Position numbers and translations under genes: made by a program. 31,684 nt of DNA, from NCBI GenBank assembly GCA_032249095.1, contig JAVVGN010000015.1:1-31684 (forward strand), written 5' to 3'. This document shows, piece after piece, positions 1-8,285 of this stretch (position 1 is the first letter of the stretch; each line of letters opens with the position of its first letter). This stretch comes from Candidatus Caldarchaeales archaeon. Lineage in GTDB: Archaea > Thermoproteota > Nitrososphaeria_A > Caldarchaeales > Calditenuaceae. Under the pieces are notes generated by a model that made no database searches, was not told the DNA's origin, and saw only the letters and a list, made by a program, of their open reading frames with translations.

Positions 1-70
1 TGAGATGGACACTTTCGTCCGCTATCTCCGCCATATTGCGGCTGTCAGCGATGTGGATGATAGCCGTCAT
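1..70 (-). CDS. hypothetical protein, 5' fragment (gene runs off the window start)
   Basis: ATG at 70 preceded by GGAGGCAAAA. The frame MTAIIHIADSRNMAEIADESVHL stays open to the window edge. Confidence 0.45.
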   Translation of the reverse strand, partial: MTAIIHIADSRNMAEIADESVHL

Positions 71-91
71 TTTTGCCTCCTTCACTCCTGC

Positions 92-646
92 TCAGAGAAA
101 GAGCATCACAACTTGACGGCTAAGATTTTCCCATTCCTGTTCTAGCCTTGCAACACGTTCGGCAGCATAGGCGAACTCCGCTTTGGCACCTTCTTCGTCG
201 CCCTTCAGTAGGTATTCTTTCGCTCTCTGGTTCCACATGCCTATGTCCTCTAGAGTCCCCCTGCATCGGTGGAGGAGGGAACGAAGTTGGCTCCTTATTT
301 TTGTCTTTGATAACCACTTGGTAACGGCTGGGTAACGGCGGGTTAGGTCTTGGATTTGGTCAACACGGACTTTATCAATTTCTGCGATGAGTTTATCAAG
401 CCTGTCGCAAAGTTGTACCCATTCGTCGCCAAGGATGAGGTAGAAGGTGTAGCTGAACCGCACCGCCCGCGCGGGGATGCCAGCCTCATTTAGGCGCCTT
501 ACGAAGTTTTCAATGCTAGTTTTGTAGGTTCCCTGCCAGTAAGATGCCTTCCCGCCAAGGGTGTCGCTGCCGTATCGAATTAAGTACCGCTGCCATTCCC
601 CACGAGCCAGTTGTTGCGCCCGCATAACTTGCTCCTGCGATAGCAT
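92..646 (-). CDS. hypothetical, predominantly helical protein (184 aa)
   Basis: ATG at 646 with SD GGAGGTAACATCAA. 12-mer lies 41 nt upstream. TGA stop. Confidence 0.7.
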   Translation of the reverse strand: MLSQEQVMRAQQLARGEWQRYLIRYGSDTLGGKASYWQGTYKTSIENFVRRLNEAGIPARAVRFSYTFYLILGDEWVQLCDRLDKLIAEIDKVRVDQIQDLTRRYPAVTKWLSKTKIRSQLRSLLHRCRGTLEDIGMWNQRAKEYLLKGDEEGAKAEFAYAAERVARLEQEWENLSRQVVMLFL

Positions 647-687
647 TTGATGTTACCTCCTTTCGGTAGTTCCTGTCCGCTTCTCCC

Positions 688-699
688 ATTATTCGGCAG
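688..699 (-). promoter_or_regulatory. conserved 12-mer CTGCCGAATAAT (candidate -10-type promoter element)
   Basis: Exact copy, 41 nt upstream of the ATG at 646. Confidence 0.6.
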
Positions 700-748
700 A
701 CCTGTAGGTGTCTGTCACCTGCCGTCGGCTCCAGCCGACAGTATCTCA

Positions 749-982
749 TTATTTATCGCCTTTGGTGGTGCGGGCGACGATGCGCCCCGTGTAGATGCCC
801 TTGACAGGATAGCCATCCAAAAAATCGGGCAAGTTCGCCTCTTCCACAGGGATGCTCAAGAGGACGCTCAGGTAAGTTTGCCCTTGCGCATCCTTTCGGA
901 TGCCGACCCCGACGACACCAGGCAACTGCCGAAGGCGCTCGGCATGTCGCTTCAAGACGACTTCAATGGGTTCTTTGGGCAT
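749..982 (-). CDS. small hypothetical protein (77 aa)
   Basis: ATG at 982 follows AAGGAGGGGAGTGCT. The longer 95-aa start in the ORF track has no SD. Confidence 0.6.
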   Translation of the reverse strand: MPKEPIEVVLKRHAERLRQLPGVVGVGIRKDAQGQTYLSVLLSIPVEEANLPDFLDGYPVKGIYTGRIVARTTKGDK

Positions 983-1032
983 AGCACTCCCCTCCTTTAT
1001 AGCTGAATTATAGTGTAGGTGTCGGGATAACT

Positions 1033-1638
1033 TCAAAGAAACATTTGAAGGATTAACCCCTGAAAGGCTTTGACAATTGCACCAAAATCTCCGTGAATTC
1101 GCCCTGACTCCTCAAACTCCTTTTCGCTGAACCATCGAAGGTCAAAAACCGGCTCCTTTAGCCCTTCTACAAGTCTTGCCTCTAAATCTATCCGATGACA
1201 GCCGTGGGTCTTCGGCTGTCGATAGTTTTTAGTTGCCGAGAGCCTACAGGCGGCAAAGCCGTCGTTATTATAGTAGGAAAGAAAGAAATGAACGTCAAAG
1301 TCTTTTTCTAAGGGAGCAGAAAAGTATTTTGTAAGCAAATAGACAGTTATCAAGCGAGCGAGTGCGCCCGCATTTCTCGGCTTAAAAGCGACCTCATCTG
1401 GCCCAGTGTGGAGGCAATTTCCAAACAGGTAGGACCCCTCTGCGAAAATAAAGAGTACCGCTGAAATGCTCCCCCCGTCAACTTTGCCGCCTACTTTTAC
1501 AGCCCAATGCGGCCCGATGGAGGGCAGCGGCTGGGGTTGTTCAATTTGGTAGAAAGCCTCTTTTACGAGGCCTGTCCTTTCTATCTCCTTGACGATGAGG
1601 TTTAGGGTTCTTACGATAGCCGCCTTGTTAGTAGGCAT
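1033..1638 (-). CDS. array paralog, subfamily C (MPT.K N-terminus)
   Basis: ATG at 1638 lies 11 nt after GGAGGTG. N-terminus MPTNKAAIVRTLNLIVKEIERTGL resembles 14460-15080 and 3048-3644. C-terminal tail is AIVKAFQGLILQMFL. 12-mer lies 26 nt upstream. Confidence 0.75.
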   Translation of the reverse strand: MPTNKAAIVRTLNLIVKEIERTGLVKEAFYQIEQPQPLPSIGPHWAVKVGGKVDGGSISAVLFIFAEGSYLFGNCLHTGPDEVAFKPRNAGALARLITVYLLTKYFSAPLEKDFDVHFFLSYYNNDGFAACRLSATKNYRQPKTHGCHRIDLEARLVEGLKEPVFDLRWFSEKEFEESGRIHGDFGAIVKAFQGLILQMFL

Positions 1639-1664
1639 AGCGGACAACGCACCTCCAGCAGCCT

Positions 1665-1676
1665 ATTATTCGGCAG
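1665..1676 (-). promoter_or_regulatory. conserved 12-mer CTGCCGAATAAT
   Basis: Exact copy, 26 nt upstream of the ATG at 1638. Confidence 0.6.
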
Positions 1677-1745
1677 AGGCGTCGGAGCAGCACGAGCGGA
1701 AGGGAACGCACACCAGTGGCGAAGGGAGCAAACTGGTTATTAGGG

Positions 1746-2333
1746 TCATACGGCGATAGACAGGGCGATGCCGTGAATGAGGGAGATTAGGAAGGATAGA
1801 GGATTTTGCCACGCAGGGCATTCAAAGGTTTTCCATGACCATTCGGGACGATCTTCGCAGCTAACCCGCCACTTGTTGCTGGGAGAATAGTAGCGAAAGC
1901 AGAACTCATAGCCATTGAGGAGAACGGCGAGGTCGCCGTCTTTGAACCTTGCAAATAATCCTTTTCTTAAAACCAACCTTTTCGCCTCAGTCAGTATGAT
2001 GTTATCAAGGAAGGCAAAGATGGAATTTTTCAGGGTATCAAGCTTTAGGTCTGAATCTTTCCCTGCGTGGAGGCAATCAATCACCTCGTTGCGGTCGTCA
2101 AAGAGGAAAACGACGCAAGGGCAGTTGGCATGCTGAAGCAGGCGGGCTGCTAAAGCGCCTATTGGCCGACCGTGCCACTCGACTGTCCATACAACTTCAT
2201 TAGGAGAGGGCATGCGCTTTCGGATTTTCATTCCTTGCCCTTGACCTTGCCACCCCTTAATTTCGCTATCGACAATTTCGATAATCTTGGCAAAAGCTTG
2301 ATTTGGCTGCCGTTTGGAAGCCTTTTGAGCCAT
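1746..2333 (-). CDS. array paralog, subfamily D (clear paralog of 25452-26042)
   Basis: ATG at 2333 follows AAAGGGGTGACCAATAAG. SPNEVVWTVEWHGRPIGALAARLLQ, ILTEAKRLVLRKGLFARF and QNPLSFLISLIHGIALSIAV align with 25452-26042. Confidence 0.75.
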   Translation of the reverse strand: MAQKASKRQPNQAFAKIIEIVDSEIKGWQGQGQGMKIRKRMPSPNEVVWTVEWHGRPIGALAARLLQHANCPCVVFLFDDRNEVIDCLHAGKDSDLKLDTLKNSIFAFLDNIILTEAKRLVLRKGLFARFKDGDLAVLLNGYEFCFRYYSPSNKWRVSCEDRPEWSWKTFECPAWQNPLSFLISLIHGIALSIAV

Positions 2334-2356
2334 CTTATTGGTCACCCCTTTGGCGA

Positions 2357-2368
2357 ATTATTCGGCAG
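2357..2368 (-). promoter_or_regulatory. conserved 12-mer CTGCCGAATAAT
   Basis: Exact copy, 23 nt upstream of the ATG at 2333. Confidence 0.6.
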
Positions 2369-2417
2369 TCCCGAACTATTGGGAGCGCCACAACCGTGCA
2401 AATATTGGGCTTCTCCT

Positions 2418-3023
2418 TCAAAGCGTCGCCATAAGCGTCACGCCTCTGAAAACCTCGTCTGGGTTGGAAAAATCGCCAGTGGCAATAACTGTGCCGTCAG
2501 CCCGAATGACCTCGATTAGCGGGCAGTTTGTATCTCCATAACGGACGATGACGCTTAGGCTGCTATCCTTAAATCCGCAACTTTTTAAGTCAAAAAGGCA
2601 TTCAGCGGTGCTCCCATTATATCTGAGGAGGACTGGTGGCGCAATAGCACTTTTGCTTGGTGTCGTCAAAAGGCTAAGTCTTGATGAAAGGTATATCCCT
2701 AAAAAGAGAACGGTAATTATTCTGCACAGGTCATCAAGTCTCTTCATTCCGAAGAAGATGGCTCCGCACTGAGGGATGATTTTAATGTCAGAAAAGCTAA
2801 CCCTGTAATTTCTTAACACCGAAAATCTAAAAACAATCTTACATTCAAATACTTTTCCCTCGACGGTTACGCGCCACCAAGGCTTATAAAAGCTAAACAA
2901 TTGTGTGGGACTGACCATATAGGAGAAGTCGGTTATCATACCAAGTTTTTTGAGCTTGTGTGCAAGACCATGGAGGGTTCGGTTAATATTTTCCTTCATC
3001 TTCGTTATGATGTGTGCCGCCAT
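2418..3023 (-). CDS. array paralog, subfamily C
   Basis: ATG at 3023 lies 9 nt after GAGGTG. FFGMKRLDDLCRIITVLFLGIYL aligns with 3048-3644 and 1033-1638. C-terminus is FSNPDEVFRGVTLMATL. Confidence 0.7.
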   Translation of the reverse strand: MAAHIITKMKENINRTLHGLAHKLKKLGMITDFSYMVSPTQLFSFYKPWWRVTVEGKVFECKIVFRFSVLRNYRVSFSDIKIIPQCGAIFFGMKRLDDLCRIITVLFLGIYLSSRLSLLTTPSKSAIAPPVLLRYNGSTAECLFDLKSCGFKDSSLSVIVRYGDTNCPLIEVIRADGTVIATGDFSNPDEVFRGVTLMATL

Positions 3024-3047
3024 TGCTCTCGACACCTCGCAGGCAAA

Positions 3048-3644
3048 TTAAAGGAGCAATTGGCAGACCAACCCATTGAGGATTTTCCTCGCCGTCGCGG
3101 GGTCACTCAAGATGATTGGTTCGTCGTGGAGCGGGACACCTGCGGGGTATTCAAGCCTAACCGATAGTTCCTTTGTGTCTCGCAGTAAAACAATACGAAG
3201 GGTGGCAATAGGCGCGCGCCCAGGGCTGTAGGAGCCTTGCTCGGCTATCTTTATGGTGCTTTTCGCAAAGGCACGATCGATTGTGAAGAATTTTCATATC
3301 TTATATTGCTGTTGAAATGGGCGGGCGAAAAAGTCGCCAACCAGAAGGACAGCTGTTACGGCAGCGAGGTCGTCTGTGTGCTGTTTTCCAAAAAAGATGG
3401 GTTTATAATCAGATAGGATGGCTTCGTAAAAGATAGCCCTGTTGTTTTTAAACACGATGATTATCCCATCGACCCTCTGGGCATCGATATAGCCGCTGAT
3501 GTCTATATGCCATTCACGCGTGTCTCCCCAAGAAGTCTTACCAAGCCAAACTCGATAGGTAGTGTTCTTTATAAAGCCAACCTCTGCTACCTTGCGGGAG
3601 ATAATATCGGCAATCCGACAGATAGTGGCTTTTTTCAAGGGCAT
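3048..3644 (-). pseudogene. array paralog, subfamily C, interrupted by an in-frame TGA at 3294-3296
   Basis: ATG at 3644 with SD GGAGGTGATTACCAAG. The frame is open on both sides of the TGA. The 81 codons after it end in LSDPATARKILNGLVCQLLL then TAA (3048-3050), matching the family C-terminus. Total of 199 codons equals the paralog length. Confidence 0.6.
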
Positions 3645-3668
3645 CTTGGTAATCACCTCCGACCCCCC

Positions 3669-3680
3669 ATTATTCGGCAG
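3669..3680 (-). promoter_or_regulatory. conserved 12-mer CTGCCGAATAAT
   Basis: Exact copy, 24 nt upstream of the ATG at 3644. Confidence 0.6.
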
Positions 3681-3771
3681 AAGCCCGTGCAGGGGGCGGG
3701 AAGCATATTGCCGCCCCGCTGTTGGAGATGGAAGGAGAGGGTGCAAAGTTATTTTCGGCACCGAAATAACC

Positions 3772-4227
3772 CTAGCGCTGATGATTGCGGAGGTGACGGA
3801 GGAGTTCGTCCAATTTCTTTTGCAGCTGTCGGAACGGTTCATTTTCTTCGTCGGCTTTCCCTTCGTCGGAGATGCCCTCATAGAAGACCTGCTGGGCCTG
3901 CGCACCAAGTCTTGGTATAACTTCTTTCTCAATAATACTTAGGACGGAATATCTGAAACCTCTAACCAACCTGTCATCACCTATTTTCCGCAAGTCGTCT
4001 TCAAGGGACAAAAGCCAATCAAGGGTTGGAATAACCGTAGGGGGGATGTCTTTTTTCATTCTCAGCCAACCTTTGATCTCTTCTAGGTTTGTAATCAGGG
4101 TTTGGAGCTTTTCTGACGCTGATTCGCAGGCGCCCAGCAGGCGGTTCACTCTAGCCCGTATTACGCTGCTTTGGGTTGTGGCTTGATAAATAAATTTATT
4201 CAGTTCTTCGTTCACGGTGGTGAACAT
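3772..4227 (-). CDS. hypothetical helical protein (151 aa)
   Basis: ATG at 4227 after AAGGGCGGGG. Its 3' end overlaps only the spurious 5' extension of ORF 3294-3932. Confidence 0.6.
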   Translation of the reverse strand: MFTTVNEELNKFIYQATTQSSVIRARVNRLLGACESASEKLQTLITNLEEIKGWLRMKKDIPPTVIPTLDWLLSLEDDLRKIGDDRLVRGFRYSVLSIIEKEVIPRLGAQAQQVFYEGISDEGKADEENEPFRQLQKKLDELLRHLRNHQR

Positions 4228-4272
4228 CCCCGCCCTTGATTTTAATACATTCGCCGGTGTAAGTTTATTGTA

Positions 4273-4893
4273 TTAGATGAGCGAGACAACTATCGCCTTC
4301 ACAAGGCTTTCCACGATGTCGCCTTCATCGGGAAGTTCTACCCCCGTCTCTATTTTCTTGCCCCAGCCTGACTGAAAGGTAAGGTATAGCTGCCTGAGGG
4401 TAAATTTGAAGTATATTTTGGTGTTGCGGTCGGGTAGGCGGACAGCTCGACTGTCAGACCACCACTGCGCTTTAGGAAATTTCTTAGCGACTGCTCTGGC
4501 AATAAGGCGGGAGACTAATTCATTCAGCCGCCCATAGAACACTTTCCAGTGCTCAGACTTTAGTTCCTTAATGTCGGTAGCGTGGCCTATGTGCCAGTGC
4601 CCTACCCCTTTTATTCCTATCAATGTTTCTACCTGCTGGTTATATTTGAGTCTTCTGGTTGAGAAAACGACATAGATGGTTTCCTTTGGCTTGTTTTTGC
4701 CCGCAGGGGCTCTGATGAGAAAGGCAAAGGGCGCAATTTCATAGTATTCACTTTCTTCCAACCACCCCTTTAGGGTAGGGAAAAGTGCCCCTGCCAGTCC
4801 TACCCCCTCGCTAACTTCAACCCCAGTGATGCGGCTTAGGACGGGAAGGTATTTAGCGACGAAAATATCACGGAGTTGTTTTGCCAGCACCAT
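4273..4893 (-). CDS. array paralog, subfamily B (paralog of 8918-9511)
   Basis: ATG at 4893. AKYLPVLSRITGVEV, WKVFYGRLNELVSRLIARAVAKKFPKA and DEGDIVESLVKAIVVSLI align with 8918-9511. Confidence 0.75.
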   Translation of the reverse strand: MVLAKQLRDIFVAKYLPVLSRITGVEVSEGVGLAGALFPTLKGWLEESEYYEIAPFAFLIRAPAGKNKPKETIYVVFSTRRLKYNQQVETLIGIKGVGHWHIGHATDIKELKSEHWKVFYGRLNELVSRLIARAVAKKFPKAQWWSDSRAVRLPDRNTKIYFKFTLRQLYLTFQSGWGKKIETGVELPDEGDIVESLVKAIVVSLI

Positions 4894-4903
4894 AGGTAGT
4901 CAT

Positions 4904-4915
4904 CCCCCCCCCCCC
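4904..4915 (-). repeat. homopolymeric G12 tract (C12 on the plus strand)
   Basis: Run of 12 C at 4904-4915. It sits 10 nt upstream of the ATG at 4893 and 6 nt after the upstream stop codon. Confidence 0.9.
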
Positions 4916-4921
4916 ACCGCC

Positions 4922-5253
4922 TTAAAGAGCGGAAAGATACAGTCCCTTCACGATATGGCTAAGCACGGAGATTGGATTTTCTTCGTGTCGTCCTCTGACG
5001 CTATCCACTTTTGCCCATCCGTATGGAGGTTGGTTCTGCCATTTTCTGATAGTCCAAGTCCAAGTTGTCTTTCCTAAGCGGAATAAGATTTCGTACTGCT
5101 GATTGCCTATAGTTACATATAGGGGTTTACCTGACTTTCGTATGAGTGAGCCCCGTCGTGCAAGGGGGCAACCTCAAACCCCCAGCTCTCCCACAGGGAT
5201 TTGAACTCGTCAAGGATTTCAGTGACTTTCTCAATGAGTTCTCGGTTGGTCAT
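4922..5253 (-). pseudogene. miniature array paralog (subfamily A termini only), split by a frameshift
   Basis: Frame 1 runs from the ATG at 5253: MTNRELIEKVTEILDEFKSLWESWGFEVAPL... and stops with TAA at 5113-5115. Frame 2 is open from 5173 to the TAA at 4922-4924 and encodes ...GKTTWTWTIRKWQNQPPYGWAKVDSVRGRHEENPISVLSHIVKGLYLSAL. Confidence 0.5.
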
Positions 5254-5278
5254 TTTGTTGGTCACCTCCGCTATCCTT

Positions 5279-5290
5279 ATTATTCGGCAG
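5279..5290 (-). promoter_or_regulatory. conserved 12-mer CTGCCGAATAAT
   Basis: Exact copy, 25 nt upstream of the ATG at 5253. Confidence 0.6.
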
Positions 5291-5321
5291 AACATCGGGT
5301 CGCCCTCTTGACACCAATGCG

Positions 5322-5966
5322 TTAAGGCGCCGCCTGCTCCTTTCCCCCTTCTGTATGGTTCTCCGAGCAACTCTTTTCCCTTCCCGCAATCTTCAAGATA
5401 AACGATAGTGCCCTCTCTATTGACCCAGCGCACGACGAAAGCACTTGGTTTGTCTTTCGGTCGGTGACCTCTATGTAAGCGCCATAGATGCTACTATCAT
5501 CTACCGTCGGCCCTATTGTTAAGGAAACAACCTTTTCGTCATTGTTCTCGTCGAAGTAGCTAAAATGGGTTGTTACTCGGTCGTCGGTTATTTCCTCAAA
5601 CTTCCACGACCAAAAGAAACCATGATAGGATAGAAGGTGCTCTAAGGCTAATATCAAAAGGACGGGTATCAGGCGAGGGCTATCAAGGGGGATTTCGCCG
5701 ACCTCGTTCGCTACTGTAGTTGACGAAGGAATGAACTTGTCATCCACTATCATTCCGAGATACTCTGAGCGCAGCTGGTTTGCCCCTTCGTGGGTTTTGC
5801 CGAGATAGCGACAATAGAGGTAGATAAAGCGTGTATCTTCGTCTTTCTTGGCTTTGAGCACTCCCTTCAGTATTTCCACGAGCCCCCAGTCTAGGTCTAT
5901 CATCCGACATATTTCATTCAACCGCAGCCATCGTGGGTCTTTAGGTTCTCTTATGACCCGAATCAT
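5322..5966 (-). CDS. divergent array paralog (214 aa)
   Basis: ATG at 5966, 6 nt after the upstream stop. Contains ICRMIDLDWGLVEIL, and SIERALSFILKIAG near the C-terminus. Confidence 0.6.
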   Translation of the reverse strand: MIRVIREPKDPRWLRLNEICRMIDLDWGLVEILKGVLKAKKDEDTRFIYLYCRYLGKTHEGANQLRSEYLGMIVDDKFIPSSTTVANEVGEIPLDSPRLIPVLLILALEHLLSYHGFFWSWKFEEITDDRVTTHFSYFDENNDEKVVSLTIGPTVDDSSIYGAYIEVTDRKTNQVLSSCAGSIERALSFILKIAGREKSCSENHTEGGKEQAAP

Positions 5967-5972
5967 CTTTCG

Positions 5973-6569
5973 TCACACCATCCTCATGGCGAAGGCTGCC
6001 CAGAAGTCTTTCGGGATGTTATCCCCCTTTGTCAAGAATTCAGTGATTATCTTGGCGTTCTCCGCCGACACTTCCAACCTCCGCTGAAAGGATGGAGTAG
6101 ATTTGCCTGTCAGGACAAGGTATGGGGTCTCGTCGGGTTTGTGATGGGCGGTCACGGTAATCGGGAAATCTCCGTGTCGGTAGTAAAGGGTTGTTGGCTG
6201 GTTAGGTGTCGTGAACCATTTATCGGGCGCTTTTTCGGTGACAGCATTCATAAACAACTTGACGAGCATCCTGTCTAGGTAAAAGGAAATTTCTTCAAGC
6301 AATTTCTTTTGGTCATCAACAGTAACCTCGTATTCCTCGCTTTCGCCGAAAATTTCCACGCCAAATATATGGGTTTCCGACCAAAAGTCTTCGGTGAAGC
6401 TGCGTCGCCAAAAGATGGAGAAAATTGGGTCTTCGTGTAAGCCGTTGCCTGACGCCCAGACAGAAAGGTAGTAAGGCTTATCGCTGCGCCTGCACTTATA
6501 GCCTATTGCCCGCAGAATCGGGATGTAAAGCCGTCGGATGGGCTTCCACAGGAATTTGAGCTTGAACAT
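5973..6569 (-). CDS. array paralog, divergent subfamily B
   Basis: ATG at 6569 after GGGGGGAGCAGCATAG. RLYIPILRAIGYKC resembles KYLPVLSRITG and KYIPILKRMGG. Palindrome lies 22 nt upstream. Confidence 0.7.
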   Translation of the reverse strand: MFKLKFLWKPIRRLYIPILRAIGYKCRRSDKPYYLSVWASGNGLHEDPIFSIFWRRSFTEDFWSETHIFGVEIFGESEEYEVTVDDQKKLLEEISFYLDRMLVKLFMNAVTEKAPDKWFTTPNQPTTLYYRHGDFPITVTAHHKPDETPYLVLTGKSTPSFQRRLEVSAENAKIITEFLTKGDNIPKDFWAAFAMRMV

Positions 6570-6591
6570 CTATGCTGCTCCCCCCTTGCTG

Positions 6592-6621
6592 AGAGTTAAT
6601 TTCGGCGCCGAAATTAACTCT
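6592..6621. promoter_or_regulatory. perfect 30-bp palindrome AGAGTTAATTTCGGCGCCGAAATTAACTCT
   Basis: Perfect dyad, 22 nt upstream of the ATG at 6569 and 60 nt downstream of the RHH gene stop. Confidence 0.65.
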
Positions 6622-6680
6622 TGAATTCCGCAACACCTTCTATGCGGTCTAGGATGGGGGCATACTTGGCAACGGATATG

Positions 6681-6983
6681 TTACGGAATTTTTCCGCCAG
6701 AATTTTGGTCGCCCCCAATTTTTAGCTCTTTCTCTAAGTAGTAGGCTAGGGCGATAGCCATCAAGTCCTGCATTGTCATCTGAAGGTCTATGGCGAGGTG
6801 TTTATAGGTCTTGACGATATGGGTGGGTAGGCGAATAGTTATCTTGCTATAGCGAGTTAGGTCTTTCCTTGCCCTTGCTACTGGCTCTTGCTGTTCTCTC
6901 GGCTCTGGTGGGGGCGACGGTTCTCCTACCTGCCCATGTGCCTTGTAGAAGAGTTGCCAAAGTGTTTTTAGTGTCTTGCTCAT
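6681..6983 (-). CDS. ribbon-helix-helix (CopG/Arc-like) DNA-binding protein
   Basis: ITIRLPTHIVKTYKHLAIDLQMTMQDLMAIALAYYL fits the strand-helix-helix pattern of RHH repressors. The N-terminal part is Pro/Glu-rich. Confidence 0.5.
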   Translation of the reverse strand: MSKTLKTLWQLFYKAHGQVGEPSPPPEPREQQEPVARARKDLTRYSKITIRLPTHIVKTYKHLAIDLQMTMQDLMAIALAYYLEKELKIGGDQNSGGKIP

Positions 6984-7013
6984 GGCGTTCCACCGATGTG
7001 ATTTTACCGCAAG

Positions 7014-7580
7014 TTAAAGGTATAGCAATCCTTCCGCCTTTACTATGTTCAGGCACGCCTCAATAGGATTGACGGATATAGGCTGGCGGACGACGGCGGG
7101 TTTGCGTGGCGGCGTGGCAAACCCCCTCTGCGGGAACTCTGTTAAGGTGACCGCCCAAGTCCAAGTTCGTTTGCCCAGCGAGAATTCCAGAGACAGTAAT
7201 TGTTGCTTTGTCCGCCGAGATATGCATCGCCCTTTTCTCGTCCAGACAATGGGCAGTTTCTTCCAAGCTAAGAAAGCGACGAAGTTTTCCAGAACTCGGC
7301 GGAGACGCCTTTCCGTCCACTGAAGCAGTGCCCCGTCGCCCTTCTCCCACTCTTGCGGGCAGACGAATGTCTGTCGCCATCCGAGCCAGAGACGAACCCC
7401 GCCTGCCTCTTCCACGACGAAAAGGGCTTCGTGCCTATCGCCCGCTTGGTTGGAAAGTACCCAGTGACGACCACCATTTATGGAGCGGTATTTCACTTCT
7501 AACCCCCACAGCCGACATATCGGCGCTATTTTGTTCTCTATCATCTCAACGACGGCGTTGTAGTATTCTCGGCTGGTCAC
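7014..7580 (-). CDS. array paralog, subfamily A
   Basis: GTG at 7580 lies 9 nt after AAGGAGGG. Contains IAPICRLWGLEVKY and RTWTWAVTL...NPIEACLNIVKAEGLLYL. The ORF-track extension reads through the 12-mer. Confidence 0.7.
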   Translation of the reverse strand: MTSREYYNAVVEMIENKIAPICRLWGLEVKYRSINGGRHWVLSNQAGDRHEALFVVEEAGGVRLWLGWRQTFVCPQEWEKGDGALLQWTERRLRRVLENFVAFLAWKKLPIVWTRKGRCISRRTKQQLLSLEFSLGKRTWTWAVTLTEFPQRGFATPPRKPAVVRQPISVNPIEACLNIVKAEGLLYL

Positions 7581-7608
7581 CGTATGGTTCCCTCCTTTCG
7601 CCAGAAAC

Positions 7609-7620
7609 ATTATTCGGCAG
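7609..7620 (-). promoter_or_regulatory. conserved 12-mer CTGCCGAATAAT
   Basis: Exact copy, 28 nt upstream of the GTG at 7580. Confidence 0.6.
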
Positions 7621-7650
7621 TGACACCGACTACCGTGGACTATCGTGTGG

Positions 7651-8247
7651 TTAGAGTGCTTGCAAAGCAATTCCCTTCCGAAGCTGGTGGAAGAACTCTA
7701 TGGGGTTTTCTGCCAAATCCCGCTTGAACCGCCCGATGGATTGTTTCGTCAGAAAAGTCTTTACTTCCCACACCCAATTTTTCGTTAACAGGTGAAAGTA
7801 AAGGCGGAAAACCTCGTCGCCTGCCTTAACGAGCAAGTTGGGTCGGTAGCGGACGCTTTTGTTCGTAATGAAAGCCACGACAAGTCTGGCGACAAAGTGC
7901 CTATAGGCAGCTCGAATAAGGTTTTCTGCCGTCGCCTTGTCAGTGTGGTTGTTAAGAAAAACCAAAGTATTTATGACGGACGATGCGTTAATGAAAACTC
8001 TGTCATCTATTGCGCAGCGAACGGGAATGTATGTATAAAGCTCAAGGTAGGCGCTTCTTTGGTTGCCCCACCTTATCTCCCAAAGCTTGCTGACAATCTT
8101 AATTTGGGGCGCTCCTGCGATGGGTTGATAGCTATCTCCTTCCGCTGGCTGTGGTGTCACTTCAAATCCCCACGAGACCAGCAGCGGGAGAAATTCGTCC
8201 TGCCAAATTTGCTTGGCGGTTTCGTAAAGGCAGTCTTTGCTGTTCAT
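7651..8247 (-). CDS. array paralog, subfamily A
   Basis: ATG at 8247. Contains FLPLLVSWGFEV and KNWVWEVKT...LAENPIEFFHQLRKGIALQAL. Confidence 0.75.
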   Translation of the reverse strand: MNSKDCLYETAKQIWQDEFLPLLVSWGFEVTPQPAEGDSYQPIAGAPQIKIVSKLWEIRWGNQRSAYLELYTYIPVRCAIDDRVFINASSVINTLVFLNNHTDKATAENLIRAAYRHFVARLVVAFITNKSVRYRPNLLVKAGDEVFRLYFHLLTKNWVWEVKTFLTKQSIGRFKRDLAENPIEFFHQLRKGIALQAL

Positions 8248-8266
8248 CGCTATCACCCGTCCTGCC

Positions 8267-8278
8267 ATTATTCGGCAG
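8267..8278 (-). promoter_or_regulatory. conserved 12-mer CTGCCGAATAAT
   Basis: Exact copy, 19 nt upstream of the ATG at 8247. Confidence 0.6.
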
Positions 8279-8285
8279 AGTAACC

